DNA of 59,811 nucleotides, filler included, from Squatina squatina (taxonomy: Eukaryota): assembly GCA_031763465.1 (NCBI GenBank). It is 3 parts of 3 records of this genome, joined end to end, with 100 filler letters (N's around TTAATTAATTAA, not from the genome) between each part and the next. Parts side by side here need not be neighbours in the genome. Positions count along the whole stretch, not along the records: positions 44,223 to 59,811 come from JARFOE010000016.1; 2 more parts are not named here. One strand, written 5' to 3'. This document shows, piece after piece, positions 44,179-58,152 of this stretch. The notes under the pieces were generated by a model, which saw only the letters and a program-made list of their open reading frames with translations, was not told the DNA's origin and ran no database searches. Position 1 is the stretch's first letter. Every line of letters begins with the position of its first letter. The position numbers were made by a program, and so were the translations under genes.

Positions 44179-46464
44179 NNNNNNNNNNNNNNNNNNNNNN
44201 NNNNNNNNNNNNNNNNNNNNNNTTCAGTAGTCACGTGCAATTGTCTATCCCCCTTTAGCAATTGCATTTCACTCCATCTGTATCCCTCTTTACACATGTC
44301 AACAGATGAGTTGTGGAATGCAAAGGTGACTGCAGTTTATGATCCTGCATAAAATGTATTGATAAAGCCAATAATAGTCAGTTAGCTAGTCTTTTATGTT
44401 CAGGGTGAGTATGAGCATGTATGAATCCAATGTGAGTACTGAACCAAACAGCTGTTGGAAGATATTGGAAGTAGAATTTCCAATCTGAATTAGATCAGTT
44501 TTATCATGAGTCCCTACTATGAAGACTATTTGTAGTACTGTTTCAACGCCAGTACACTATATGTACAGTTCCAAAATGATATTGATATGTCTATAGTAGT
44601 ACAAGAGCATAGAGGAAAAAAATTACAGGCTGTTTGGCCCCACTAACTCATAATGATTTCTACCACCCATTGGTATTTTACTACTGAGCCTAAAGTAGAC
44701 TAGGTTTGTGGAGTCATCTTTATTTTTCCCTATATTTAGGGTAGGGCTAGAGTAAGCATTTTGTCGTGACAAGGTGCTTAACTTATCATGCATGCCCAGT
44801 TCAGGCTGGGGTCATAACATTACTAGTAAAAAAAGTGAACAATGAAGCATTTATTGTCTCCTATAAATGTGTCCTTCATATAAAAGCAGTCACTATAGTG
44901 ACCTCTGAAATGATGATTTAGCTTTGTGGAGTTATTTGTGCACAAGATGATTTACAACACTAAACTGGATCCATTAAGATGTTCATGAATATTCTGTGTG
45001 CATGCTTTTTGTGGACGGTTTCCTTCAAACTGATGGAAACTTTTTTTTCCTCTGTTAATGACCATGATTGATAATTTGATTGAAGCTCTGATTAGCGGTA
45101 ACAAATTTCAAATCACGCAGGCTCAAAAACAGTACTGTATCTGACATTTAGTGCTAAACCTGTGATAATATAACTTGAGCAGTAGAAGTGGAAGTGGAAG
45201 AACACCTTGCTTTTATCCCGAGGGCTAAGGCTGTCAACAAATTTTTAAGACTGAATAGCATTGAGTCAGAGGCAAAACAGCAGTGGTGGAATATCATGAT
45301 TTCATATCTAGGAAACGTTGACATGCTGTAGTATCGAATTGTGTGGAGGAGTGAACTGATGTAGTTAAGAGACAGACAGACACTTGTGTAATCAGCCTTT
45401 ATGTATTGCCAGTTTTGAATAATAACATTTATATGCCTCAACTTACCTCATCTGCCTGGCACAGCCAGGGCATAAATAACTGAGAACAATGGAATTACTA
45501 TTACTCACTGGCTGAACAAGAGCTACATCACTGTATTCTTTATAATTGGTGGCAAGAAGATTAATGTTTTGTTAAATATCAGAGTAAGGTCACAAGGGGA
45601 CTTATAGGTCTGTCTAAACACCGAGTCTTCTGGTTCTTTACGGAAATGAAGTTGTAGCATTCCCTCTAATTATCATGTGCTTTTTTCACATGGGCTCCAT
45701 CCTGTCTGCTTTCATTCTAATGCTACAGGCAGACAGATATTTACAAGAACAGCCTGACGATAATAAGGAAACCTGTAATGAAGTTGTGTTAATCTTGTGT
45801 TAAAAACAATCTCCTCAGGAAAATCATGAAGGATATTTTCTCTTATGTTATAATAACAGAGTAACACTGCTTGAAATATGTATTTTTGGCTTTGCAGAAG
45901 TATGATTTATGCACAAAAATTATAGACTGCAGACAGAAATGATAAGATCAAAATCCCTTGACACTCTGTTACTCTTATTAGCTGTGTCAGCCATTGCAGT
46001 CGAAACAGAACTTAGAAGTCCCACTGAATCTATGGTGTTACTATTCTTAAAAATGATAGATCTTGTGCTAAGATAATTCTTTCTATCTACCTGCTCTACT
46101 TCTTTCAGTCAGATGCCGCAAATGTAACTGACGTCAATATTGTCTAACATTAACGGCAACAATATATAGAGAGTGTGATGGTTTTTCAATGCATGCCATG
46201 AAAAATCCTCCTTTACTGGCAACACTGGAATTTCACACCCTGCCAGTGTGGAACAGGAGGAAGCAATAAATTAATTTTCGGTGAGTAAAATGCTACCAAT
46301 GCCATTATAGTCAAACTCGTGATCACAATGGTTTTTAGCATAGTTAAGAATGTATGCTGGAAGTCAGAGGGGGAAAAAGATGCAGGGTAAAGAACTATTG
46401 TTCCCTGATGGTGCAAGAGTCCAGAAAGATATGTGTGCCAATTATTTTTTTTTAAGCTGTTGTG

Positions 46465-46566
46465 GAGCTGATACAGTGGTTAACTACACTGTGGTACTGA
46501 ACCATGCAGGCCAGGAAGGTCATAGATCCAAACCCCGGTTTGTGTTGAGTTAGCAGATCACAGCTA
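46465..46566 (+). mobile_element. LF-SINE-like 5' fragment
   Basis: tgtggtactgaaccatgcaggccaggaaggtcatagatccaaaccccggtttgtgttgagttagcagatcacagc; similar to the rc of 41680-41750. Confidence 0.7.
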
Positions 46567-46605
46567 ATTATTACGACGTGTTATCATGGCAGGTCTGGAC
46601 CGTAA

Positions 46606-47235
46606 GGCCTCGAATTTCAGCCGCTCTGTGACCTCCCTGACAGCCCTTCTCCACTCCTGCTTATCCTCTTTCCTGATATTAAACACTGACACGAGCGCGG
46701 GGAAAGTCTCCATTGTAGAGAAACGACTGTCAATAAAATCTTAGTGAAATGGTACAAGTTCTTTCTGAGTCTCGGCATGCGGGAAGCTGGCTCGGTTGCA
46801 ACCTCCGTTGTATAGAAGAGGAAAAGAAAATGTGGGCAGAAGCAGCAGGGCGTACGTGCCATGCATAAAGATTGGAATTTTGGCACCCATCCCTTTAATC
46901 ACCAATTATCTGGAAACAATAGGGAAGAAATTACGATGGGAGGATTCCCACGGGAGGATGCCTCTGTCCTGCAAAAAATCTACGGAAGTGTCTGGTGGTT
47001 CACAGCTTTGTGTTCTTCAGCCTCCACAGATGGCCAATCACAGCGGCCCTCTCATCTCTCTAGTCTAGACGTGAGAGGCCCCAACCAATCAGGTAGGAGT
47101 ATCTCCCATTCATGCTTTTACAGATCTCTGCCATATTTGGGAGATTTGTAGAAGCCTGACTGGGAGATGGAAAAACTGCACAAGCACATCAAAAAAACAT
47201 TTTAAAAACTACTGCGACATTAAAATTTAATAAAN
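46606..47235. mobile_element. DNA-transposon/MITE arm
   Basis: Begins GGCCTCGAATTTC; interior similar to 30629-30998. Confidence 0.5.
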
Positions 47236-47334
47236 NNNNNNNNNNNNNNNNNNNNNNNNNNNNNNNNNNNNNNNNNNNNNNNNNNNNNNNNNNNNNNNNN
47301 NNNNNNNNNNNNNNNNNNNNNNNNNNNNNNNNNN

Positions 47335-48485
47335 TTTTGTGCTGGCTTTCATTTCAGCATTGTGGCAAAAAGGACGTTGATGTTCCATGACAGAGGGATG
47401 GTAAGGTGGGGAAGTGTTGAGCAATGGGGATCTGGGGTTTCATTTCTGGAATCAGTCTGATGATGTGCTCACAGACAGCCCATCCGGAACAGAGAGCTGC
47501 AGATTGCCTTCTTCCTTCTTGCTTTTTCACCTCGTCCAAGGTGTGGAGGATGCAGCAGACCACTACAAATTGGGACGCCCACTCCGGTGAGTACTGGAGA
47601 GCTCCACCCGAGCAGTCAAGGTAACGGAACTATTGCATGAGCACCCTGATGGTCTGCTCGATAAGGTTCCTCATGGCAGCATGGCTGTCATTATAGGATT
47701 GCTGGCCACAAGTGGTGGGGTTACGGAGGGGAGTCATCAGCCAGGTGTAGAGCAAATAGCCCTGGTCTCCGAGCAGCCACCCTTGAATTCAAAGTGGTGG
47801 CTGGAAGATTGGTGGCACACCTGACTGGCGTAGGATGTAGGCATCATGACTGCCAGGATACCAGGCATTCACCATCATGATGTGCTGCACAGTAAGTGAG
47901 TGGTAGCCTTTGCGGTTACAGTACATGTCAGCATTGATATGCGGTGCCCGCAAAGCCACATGTGTGAAGTCGATGGCGCCCTGCATCATTGGGAAGCCCA
48001 ATATCCTGACAAAGACACGTGCACACTCCTGCTTCTCTGTTTAGAGAGAAGACAATGAAGTTCCTTCTAGAGTACAGAGCCTCTGTGACCTGGATGCAGC
48101 GATGGGCAGCAAACTGCAAGATGTCAGCTATGTCTCCTGCTCCACACTGGAAGGATCTGTAGTTGATAAAATTGAGGGCAACAGTGGGTTTGTGGGCCAC
48201 TAGGAGAGCTGTCATCACCGTGCTCTGAGGCTGCAGGTTTGGTTGCTGAAGGTGGCAGTAACCTTCAGGTACCTTGTAGACCTGACCATTCTTGAAGCAC
48301 AAGTCCAGACATTGAGAATTGGCAGGCTGTTCTGGGGCATCGCGGCTGAGTTCATGTTTCTCCCCAATATCCACGTATGTGCACTTTCCAGCTTAATAAT
48401 TAGAAGTGGCCACCCCAGTTGCTCCCCGCACCCCCAAACCCAGAAATTAGGTGTGTGTATGGCATAGAGGCCAATTGCAGTCGCC
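47335..48485 (-). mobile_element. Harbinger (HARBI1-like DDE) transposase pseudogene
   Basis: [68 protein letters not shown]; stops and frameshifts. Confidence 0.9.
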
Positions 48486-49579
48486 TACTGAAATCTAGTC
48501 TGCATCAAATCTGGGCCTTTTCTGCTTTCTGATCCGTGTGACTCAGTTCTGTATTGGGCTGTGTCGTTACACTTTTTGCTGATGTTCGTATAAACAGCTT
48601 CTCCTGAGATAAATTTAGAAAGGAATATTGTAAACAAGCCCTTTTCCATTAGAGGTAATGTAATGCCTCTATTGTGTAAATTCAGCGAATGCATTTTGAA
48701 ACTTGTGTGCCTAATTTAAATGAATCAACCAAGGAATTAACAGATGGGACAAAAATGCCATCATTTAATTGCTCAGAATCTCACCAATAATATAGAATTT
48801 CAGCTGTTGCAGTGCCAATCTTTGTGAAAAAAGAAAGGCATTAGTTATTAGAATTATGTGAACAGATTTTCTTCCCACAACCTAATACACAAACACCTAC
48901 TTAAATTACTGGCTTCTGGTAAGTCTCGGAGAACTTATTTATTATGGCAGTTGGTGACAGTAGATCACAAAAACTAATTAGCAGTTTCCTATCTCCACCC
49001 ATTAGGTGAAATTTGAACCTGTTTCTTAAAATATAAAGGCATTACATTTACAAATCATGAATGTGTTATTATATCAATGATGGAATTATGATTTTTCACT
49101 ACAAGTTGTCAGACTTCTTTCATGTTTTTAAATACTTAAGAACCAACCAGTAAATGTACCAGCCAAGCACGTCCAATCACCATCCAAAATTGTTTGGCAA
49201 CCCAAGCCCCTGGGTAATGGCACAGCTCCAAAAGAAATAGAAACAGGACTAGNNNNNNNNNNNNNNNNNNNNNNNNNNNNNNNNNNNNNNNNNNNNNNNN
49301 NNNNNNNNNNNNNNNNNNNNNNNNNNNNNNNNNNNNNNNNNNNNNNNNNNNNTGGCAACCCAAGCCCCTGGGTAATGGCACAGCTACAAAAGAAATAGAA
49401 ACAGGAATAGAAATAGAAATAGGCATGGTTACACAACTTTGCATAAAAGCATTTGCCCGTCATTGCCTTGTGTGAAATAAAATTAGGCCAAGAGAATCTG
49501 CCAACCAAAATCCAATGCACTCAACTGTCACAGATCAATTGGGCATGAATAATTCATATTTTCGGAAAAGAAATGCTTT

Positions 49580-50000
49580 GTTGGCTCAGTTGGTAACACA
49601 CTTGACGCGTCAAAAGTTTGTGGGTTCAAAATCCCACATCGGGACTTCACCCAAGGATCTAGGCTAACACTTCAGTGCTGTACTGAGAGAGTGCTGTGTT
49701 GGCAAAGATGCTGTCCTTCAGATGAGGCATTACACCAATGTTCAGTCTGCCAGTTCAGACAAACTATGAAGATTTGTTGAAACTATTCAAAGAAAATCAG
49801 GGAGTTTTCCTACTGTCCTAGCCAACATTTCCCTATCAACCAATATTGCTAAAATAAAAAGACATTAACTGGTCTTTTATCTCAGCTGTTTGTGGGATGT
49901 TTAGTTGCCCACACAACAACCATCACTGGACTCCAAATAAGTAATTTGTTGTGTGAAATGCTTTGAGATGTTTAGACAATGTGATAAGGTGATATATTAG
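49580..50000 (+). mobile_element. Diverged full-length DeuSINE/SacSINE1-like SINE
   Basis: A box tggctcagttgg, B box gggttcaaaatcc; body colinear with 50941-51320. Confidence 0.75.
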
Positions 50001-50940
50001 CTCAAATATTTCTGTTGTTTATTAGAAAGGCTCTTTCAGATTGTGTTTCCACACTATTAGTCGACTCTTTATTCGAGACAATACATATTTATGACAGAAC
50101 ATAACTCTATCGTAAAAATCTTGCTTATAGTGTGCACTTCCTGTAATTCTGACACTTCTTATAATACCTTCCTGTCACTCTTTTTCTATTAATTTTATCT
50201 GTAACTCTTTTCTTTCGACAAAATAAACAACAGCAAATCAGAACTTTTTTAAATTTTAGAAAGCAATTGGAAACTGCCAATGAGAAACTGCTAAGGGCTT
50301 ATAAAATCAACCAATCCTGAATGACCAGTCAGGGGTCCGAATAAGTTATAGAAAGGAGCAGACAAACTAATCAAATCACTCTGGAAAAATTAAGTCATTT
50401 TACCAGCCATTTTTTTCTCAGTAGCTGAATCTCTGAAAAAAATGTAAATAAAATAAAGACATCAAAAATGTTTCAAATAACAATGATTTAATTTATCCAT
50501 AGAATTTCCCTTTGTTTCTTCTAATACCTTCATTAGGACTTTTACTTCAAGGCTTCAGCCTGTCTCAAAGATTTGAGCTTTGACTGAATATTTTCCCTGG
50601 AACTGTCGAAGGGAGTTATCAGCTGCAAGCTTCATTTTAATATTCATTGGCGTTGTTCTGGGTTTGTGAATGCATTTTTTCTGGAAATCATTATTTTTTG
50701 CCATTGTTACACTGCATCCTGATGTGACAAAAAACTGCTGGAGTGAAAGCCAGGACCTGGACATGTTGGATCCTGTCGCACAAGTTTCCAGATGGCAGCC
50801 TCTGCCTGCCCTAAGCACACAGTGGGTGGGGGGGTTCGCCAGGGATGGGGACTCCATACGTTTGGAGTATCTGTGACTGTGTTCCTCAGAGCTATCCAGT
50901 GTGTCCTTGATGATAGCATGCCTAGTGAAGGCAAGCATAC

Positions 50941-51320
50941 TGTTGATACTCCAGTGCAGTACAAAGGGCGTGCTGCATTATCGGACGTGTTGTCTTTCGG
51001 ATGAGACGTTAAACCGAGGCCCCACCTGCCCTCTCAGGTGGACATAAAAGATCCCATGGCACTATTTCGAAGAAGGTCAGGGGAGCTATCCCTGGTGTCG
51101 TGGTCAATATTTATCCCTCGATCAACATCACTGATTCAGATTATCTGGTCATTATCATATTGCTGTTTGTGGGAGTTTGCTGTGCCCAAATTGGGCTGCC
51201 CCATTTCCCACATTACAACAGTGACTACACTTCAAAAGTACTTCATCAGCTGTAAAGCACTTTGGAATGTCCGATGGTCATGAAAGGCACTACATGAATG
51301 CAAGTCTTTCTTTTTTTTCC
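50941..51320 (+). mobile_element. DeuSINE/SacSINE1-like SINE (well preserved body and L2-type tail)
   Basis: gtctttcggatgagacgttaaaccgaggccc..aaagatcccatggcactatttcgaagaag..tgtaaagcactttgg..gaaaggcactacatgaatgcaagtctttcttt. Confidence 0.85.
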
Positions 51321-51945
51321 ACAAGGCAGAAGTGGGGGTCACCTGAGGATCCAGGCCTTGGTCACAGCTGGACCTCTGAAGAGGGCCTGATAATTTTTCA
51401 AAAAAAATTATGCTGCCCCATTACAAATCTGAATGTTATTTCCAGGGTGGAGGTGGCCCGCAGGTCACCCTGTAGCTGGATTTCTGAACTCTCTGGTGGG
51501 CAGGAGGTGGGCAGTTGCCCCCTTCGGATCCATTGAAGTCATGCTATTCACAGGACCTCCTCTGATCACATAAACTCTGGCGGGGTTGGTGACTGAGTTC
51601 CAGGGCAGGCGCATTCCAGTATTTAAGCCACGGTAAGGCACCCCTTGAATAGTGTTTGCATCCAACTTTGGTGGACCTGTTGCTTGTTCTTTGTTGTGCC
51701 AGTTTTTTTGTTTTTTTTGTTTTGTTTGACTTGTGAGAATCTTGCAGTGCCTGCTTACTTGGTTTTAAAGTAGGGTAGAGTTACGAATTGAAGACTTGCC
51801 CTCTCCAAAACATCCAGCCACCTTGCCTGACCAAGGCAAGATGAGNNNNNNNNNNNNNNNNNNNNNNNNNNNNNNNNNNNNNNNNNNNNNNNNNNNNNNN
51901 NNNNNNNNNNNNNNNNNNNNNNNNNNNNNNNNNNNNNNNNNNNNN

Positions 51946-52130
51946 TGATGTCATCAGAGGCCAATTTGAGCCTAGTGCCACGTTTCCAGCGCTCCTCAGG
52001 TAGCACCCAATTAGTGCCGGCGCTAAACTGAGGCCAATTGTGCAATTTACTGCCAAAAACGGGAGTTAGACCCCTAACGCCCATTCTACGCCCATTTAGC
52101 GCTCGCGCCGCAGTGCCAATTGGTCGCCCA
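51946..52130. mobile_element. Right end of the Harbinger family seen at 24964-26112
   Basis: Colinear with 25922-26112 (taacgcccat..acgcccatttagcgc..aattgg). Confidence 0.8.
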
Positions 52131-52299
52131 TTAACTTATCAATGGAGTATTATCATCTGTTTAACAGTCTTTACTGCCATTAGTCCATTTCCTGTGCCTT
52201 CAGAGAAACTACAATTACCTCAATGCAGTACACATCCTAGAACCTCCAAGCACTTCAGACCACTTTTCCCCACATCACCATGCAAATCTACAAATTCAT

Positions 52300-53230
52300 G
52301 AATAACTGAGTACAAAGTAAGTGCCCTTCTTCTTGTATGACTACATCTCCATGAATGCATGAGAATGAGATAAATGTACATTTGCTTTTACTCCAAACAA
52401 TTACAGTGATCATTAGCCATCCTACTCCTTCACATTGTACTTCCCTGGGTGTCTAAATGAGCCTTTCTTTCTCCAATTCTCGTGCTTCTCCTAGGTGCAA
52501 CCTGTAAGCCAGTGGGAAAATACTTTCAGAATTGAGGCAGCCTTCCTCTTATGGCAGGTTGGTCCTGGAAAGGACCCACTCCAGCCTGCATCTCTTGACT
52601 GCCTGCCTGGGCTGGCTGGCGTTTCGTCCAACATGCCACTTGTGAGTTGCTCTCAGGGGATAGGCCAGATGCCTGTCAAGTTCTGCTATGCTAAGAAATG
52701 GCAGCTTCTTGCAGATTCACTCCGGCCGTTGTCATTCTACAGGGTCAGTGCCACCCACTGATCTAAGGAATGAATGGTCTAATGGATTCAATCAGATTCT
52801 GAAAGATGTGAGATAACGCTGCCTGCATCCTGGCAAGGTTCTATATAATCTACCCCCTACTGCCCCCAGGGCTGCAATCTGTGTCTGCATGGAGAGGGAA
52901 GCACCAACTGGCCCTGGACCACTTCTGATGTGGGAGGCTATCACAAATTTCAATGAAGGAGCCAGATGTTCCCTGATGCTACCAAAAATTAGATCTGTAG
53001 GCTCCAGAATTACACCTGTCAGTTGCAGCACATCCTCAGAGACTGGCCTCAGAACATTCATAAATGTGTGATGTTCCCTGAATATCGTTCTGTTCAGGCT
53101 TACACCCATTAGATCTGGGTCTCACAACTCTGAAGCCATGGCAGCCTTCTCCGCTGTCTGACCTGGGACGATGGCACATCCTCACCTCCCCAGCTCCTTG
53201 TGCCCTGTGAATGTGGTGCCACATCCTCAC
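52300..53230 (-). mobile_element. Possible degenerate Harbinger second-ORF region
   Basis: Composition and broken ORFs resemble 43200-44035; weak. Confidence 0.3.
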
Positions 53231-53354
53231 TTACACTATCTACTTCTCCCTGGGTGAAAATATCTGAACTGGTGCATGGGAGTGAGAAAGCAAGGTGGTT
53301 GGAGCATCAGAACATGGGGCCATGTCTTGCTCCAGGCACACTCATGAGGCCTAG

Positions 53355-53480
53355 TCCTCATCATTCTCCTCCCCTTCATTATCATCGTCATTGTTATCAT
53401 CATCATAATCCACCAGAAAGAAATATCTTCCCTTCTCCTCCTTATCAACATCTTCCGTCCCTTCATCATCATCTGCTACT
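53355..53480 (+). repeat. Degenerate (CAT/CTT)n low-complexity tract
   Basis: Directly visible, abutting the RTE tail. Confidence 0.8.
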
Positions 53481-53770
53481 TCTTCTTCTTAGGCAATCCC
53501 TCAAGGTCGAGGATAACTTGCTTCCACTCCATTTTTGTGGGATCTGAGGTGATAAATAGTCCTATACGGGATCCGCAAACACTACCACAGGTGGGGCAGG
53601 TGGTGTTTGATGGGGCGAGTGAATGGAATGCTCAGGTTTCCGCACGCTTCTTCTGCTGCCTGCGCTTGGCCTCCACGTGCTCCCATTGGAAAAGCTCGAA
53701 GTGGTTGGCATCTTCACGGATGCTTCTCCTCCAGTTCAGGTGGTCTTGGGCCAGAGATTCCCATGAGTCG
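53481..53770 (-). mobile_element. RTE LINE 3' end
   Basis: Homologous to 11824-12100; tail gggattgcctaagaagaagaag. Confidence 0.88.
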
Positions 53771-53870
53771 NNNNNNNNNNNNNNNNNNNNNNNNNNNNNN
53801 NNNNNNNNNNNNNNNNNNNNNNNNNNNNNNNNNNNNNNNNNNNNNNNNNNNNNNNNNNNNNNNNNNNNNN

Positions 53871-54660
53871 TAGATCTGTTCTGAATCGATCCCGTTTAGC
53901 ACGGTGGTAGTACCACACAGAACGATGGAGGGTGTCCTCCGTGTGAAGACGCGACTTTGTCTCCACAATGACTGCGGTGGTCATTGCTACCAATGCTGTC
54001 ATGGACAGATACTTCTGCTACTGGTAGATTGGTGAGGACGAGGTCAAGCAGGTTTTTCCCTCGTGTCGGTTCTCTCACCACTTGTCGCAGGCCAAGTCTG
54101 GCAGCAACGTCCTTCAGGACATGGCCAGCTGGTAGATGCCAGTGTTCTACTGTAACAACTTAGCTACCGGCATGGGTAGTTCTGGAGCAGTTCTTCAGCC
54201 CTACAGCGGATGCTGTCAGGGGCTATAGCCTTTGCTATGTCCAGTGCACTAGGCCATTTTTTGATGTTACGTGGAGTTAATTGAATTGGTTGAAGACTGG
54301 CACCTGTGATGGTGCAGACCTCAGGAGGAGGTCCACCTCGTCAGCACTTCTGGCTGAACATGGTTACAAATACTTTGACGTTGTCTTTTGGACTCGTGAT
54401 GGTCTCTGCCATCATTGAGGATGGGGATGTTCAGAGCCACCTCCTGTTAGTTGCTTAATTGTGCACCACCATTCACAACTGGATATGCCAGGTTTTCAGA
54501 GCTGTGACCTAATCTGTTGGTTGTGGGATAACTTGGTTATCTACAGCATGCTTCTTTTTGATATTTAGCATTCATTCAGCCCTGTGTTGTAGCTTCACCA
54601 GTTTGGCACTTTCAGTTACACCTGGTGTTGCTCTCAGAATACTTTGTTGCAATCCTCATC
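53871..54660 (-). mobile_element. CR1-group LINE endonuclease end plus linker/RT-start fragments
   Basis: VREPTRGKNLLDLVLTN..IGSNDH (EN C-terminus); WWCTIKQLTGG and a KAIAPD-like motif upstream. Confidence 0.8.
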
Positions 54661-57110
54661 AAACCTCTTCTCCCTCTGCTGTATCTGAAATGCAATCCTA
54701 GAACAGCACCCTTTGGTGCACTGGTGTCAACTGCCCTGTTTCCAACACCAACCATTTTTGTGGCATATGCAGACTGAGTGCTGAACTATTGAATGAATAC
54801 AGTGCTTATCACCCTAGTTTGACAAGCATCCTGTGTGTCATGCACCAGCCAACACAATTTTTTTTTTTTTAAAAAGTACACTCTGGGCATTAACCAGTGC
54901 TGTAAGCCACTTGTCACCATTAGTAGTCGTGACAAGCATTTGTCTGGAAAGGAATTCAAAAGACACTGAAGGTAGGAAAAACCCCAGACCTCACCCTGTC
55001 TCAAGTTATTCAGGTAGTCCTCCCAATAAATTGGCTGGCATAATATGATTTTGAGGATGCTTGTTTCAATCTAGTAATTTCTCAACCATTTCATTGCATC
55101 ATGTGGTCATGATTCAGTCAAGAAATCTAGTGGTTGCTTGTATGAAGCATAAGCTCACTGAAAATCACTCATTGAGACCATACTTGCCGTATTAAGTATT
55201 TTTATCAACCTCCTGAAAAATTAGAAACGGAGCAAAGAATCCATGATCTAGATGCAAAATGGCCTTTTCTTAGTTCATTGACAGAACTAGGCTACTTCAT
55301 AAAAACCTTCAATGGCTGTTTGTATCATTAGGTACAATACTGGAATATGATCTTTTTGAAGACAGCCATGATGTTTAGTCAAATATGTTGTGCATTTACA
55401 ACTGCATGCAGAAAATTTTCAAATAATACTGAGTTCAAGAGTACTGCTTGGTAAAACTGGGTCAGAATCCTGAGATCTGTAGAGGACATTGAATAAAGAA
55501 AGTAATTTTGGCTCTACAATATGATCTTATCAAAGGGAAGCATCCTCCATCTACTGACATCTGTCCCACCCAACACCTTTATTCCTCTTGAGGATTTATT
55601 ACACATGGCTACATAGCCTTCATATTACAATGTGTTTTGTTATGGTCAGTTTTTGCTGTCTCCTCCAACAGAAGAACTAACACATCAGCTCAGGGAGATG
55701 ACTTAATAGCACAGAAAGGGAAAAGCATCTGGGTATCAAAAACACCTTAAAATGGGACTTATGACAATAGTAAGTCTCCTTATTGCAGGAGTAATTATTG
55801 GTTGCCTGTATGTGGAGCATTACTGCCTTATTCAAAGTATGTAAAACACCCTAAAAGTTAGGTCATTTTTAGCTTTAAAACAAAAAGTACTGTGCACCAA
55901 ATATTTTCCCTTTTTTGTAAATGTTAACAAACATTAATACATTTTTGCCACTTTAGCAATCCAGAATATAGAGCTGTAGTACCCAATTCCTAACAAAAAC
56001 AAATTCCAGTTAAGTTTCATAAAGTCAAAATTGAGAAACTCTGGTTGATTTAGGAGTCTGAATTGGAATATTCTGTGGTCAAGCCAGCTGGGCGCATGGA
56101 AATAAATCGTCACGTTGAAGGGTCTCCAAAAGAAGCTACTAAGAAATCTACACCTCCCCGCAGAATTTACTTACCCAATACCGAAGTGCACACACACNNN
56201 NNNNNNNNNNNNNNNNNNNNNNNNNNNNNNNNNNNNNNNNNNNNNNNNNNNNNNNNNNNNNNNNNNNNNNNNNNNNNNNNNNNNNNNNNNNNNNNNNCAA
56301 AGATATGAAAGCATATTCAGGGTATACACTTGCACAGCCTTGTAGAAGGAAACTAAATCAGAGATGTTGCCTACACAAGTAATCAACCACACTGCAGTGC
56401 TCCTGGGACTAAAAATAAATGCTGCATTTTACCTGCAATTACAGGTGCAAAAATCAGTTGCAACTCTTGTTAAGGATTGCTTTACTTATGAACACTGAGG
56501 TCAAAATTTATGCGATTATGATTGGCAATGTTGCTAATGCTATATGGCAGTTCTTAGTAATAGGTAGCAGGAGAAAATAACAATGGAAAATGGTAAAATG
56601 AGAATCACAGATTATGTTTACCAATCTATCCATTATTACTAGTGTAACAAATCAAGTATTAAAGTCTGTAATTGTCAGCCACCCACAGTGCACTCCACTT
56701 GTTTACAAGAATCCATTTTCAGCAACAGGACAACAAAGCAGAAGGGAACTCAAGGTTTTGTCTGTCAGTGTGGTCTGATTGCATCATAGATGGGCAGTGA
56801 TAACTTCAGAAGCTTGCTTTCTCAGCTGTTCAATATGATTTCTCTGTATGCCTTTGTCCAGATGGTTTATTTTTATAAACAATAAATAGCTCTGCATTCC
56901 AGCAGTGTTTTCCCTGGGCCTGAAAGGCTTGCAGCCATTTGCCAGGGAGATGCTTGGTGAGTTTGTGGGTTTGCACANNNNNNNNNNNNNNNNNNNNNNN
57001 NNNNNNNNNNNNNNNNNNNNNNNNNNNNNNNNNNNNNNNNNNNNNNNNNNNNNNNNNNNNNNNNNNNNNNNNNNNNNTTAAAAAGCTTTTCAATGAGAAG
57101 CAAAGAACTT

Positions 57111-57857
57111 GGGGAGTGAAATTCTGTAGCCCTGCGTTGCCGGCAAATATTGTGGAAAACTCGCCCCATCAGCATCCGGCGCTGATTCATAAAAAAATTT
57201 GGAGAATTCACCGTTTTTCTTCCAAGAGGCAAGGCAAGTGCTGAATGAGGTGCTCCTCTTGCCTCTTGGAGTGCCAAAGAGGCGGTTGTGGGGCGCAGAG
57301 CTCAGCAGCGCCACCAGTGGCCAGGAGTGACACTGCCGCGTTGCCGGAGCTCGGACCTCAATTAAAGGGAAGGGCTCCCCGCTGCGAGCGCTGCAATTCA
57401 AAAAGTGACGGCTGCAGCACCAGGGAGTGCCGCGCGATCAGCCCAGCACTCAAGCAGAATGCCAGGCTGACCGATCGCAGCACTTGTGCTCAAAAAATTA
57501 AAATTTTAAACATGCAATTTGTTTCTTCTTGGCCGGCTGCCCCGCGCACCCCTCGAGCAGCCAGCTGCTCTGTTCAGCACCCCAGTAGCAGTTACTGCCG
57601 CTGCCCGGCATTGCTGCTGGGGTCACGGCAATTCTCTGCCGGGTCGCTCAGGAAGTGCTGTGCAAGGTGATGATGTCATCATCACCGTGTGCCACTGCAA
57701 ATGGAAGCGGGACACTGCTTGTCAGCGCCACCACTATCCTGCTCCCGAATCCCGCAGCAGCTGGCTGGAGCGCCGCAGGCCACCGCAAGGACATCATCGC
57801 CTGGGGAGCGCCTCCTGGAGGCGCACCGTGGGCGAACCTGGAAGCCAAATTTCGCCC
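57111..57857. mobile_element. GC-rich MITE-like element (~750 bp)
   Basis: Left GGGGAGTGAAATTC, right rc GGGCGAAATTTG; sharp GC contrast with AT-rich flanks. Confidence 0.6.
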
Positions 57858-57864
57858 GCTTGTA

Positions 57865-58152
57865 CTTTTAGAGTATCTCATCACATCCTAAAGATGCCCC
57901 ACAGTGCTTTGCAACTAATTAATTACTTTTGAACTGCAGTCACTTTGCTATGTAGGCAAATGTGGTAGACAATATTGTGCACCAGTAAATCCCAGAAACA
58001 GCAAATGAGATAAATGACCAGTTAATCTGTTTATGATGGTGTTGGTTGAGGGACGCATGTTAGCCAGACATCGAGTGAAAAATAGTGCCATTGGATCTTG
58101 TACACCTGAACAGGCAGAAAGGTCCTTGATTTAATGTCTCATCTGAAAGACA
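57865..58152 (-). mobile_element. Diverged DeuSINE-like SINE
   Basis: Reverse-complement similarity to 50990-51290. Confidence 0.7.

Noticed and set aside
45150-45445. Short open frames in AT-rich unique sequence
   Set aside because: No recognisable protein similarity or convincing splice-site pair.
47335-48485. Domesticated HARBI1 host gene
   Set aside because: Multiple stops, frameshifts and deletions indicate a decayed transposon copy.
49195-49410. ~55-bp direct repeat on both sides of a gap
   Set aside because: Most simply overlapping contig ends or a collapsed short tandem repeat.
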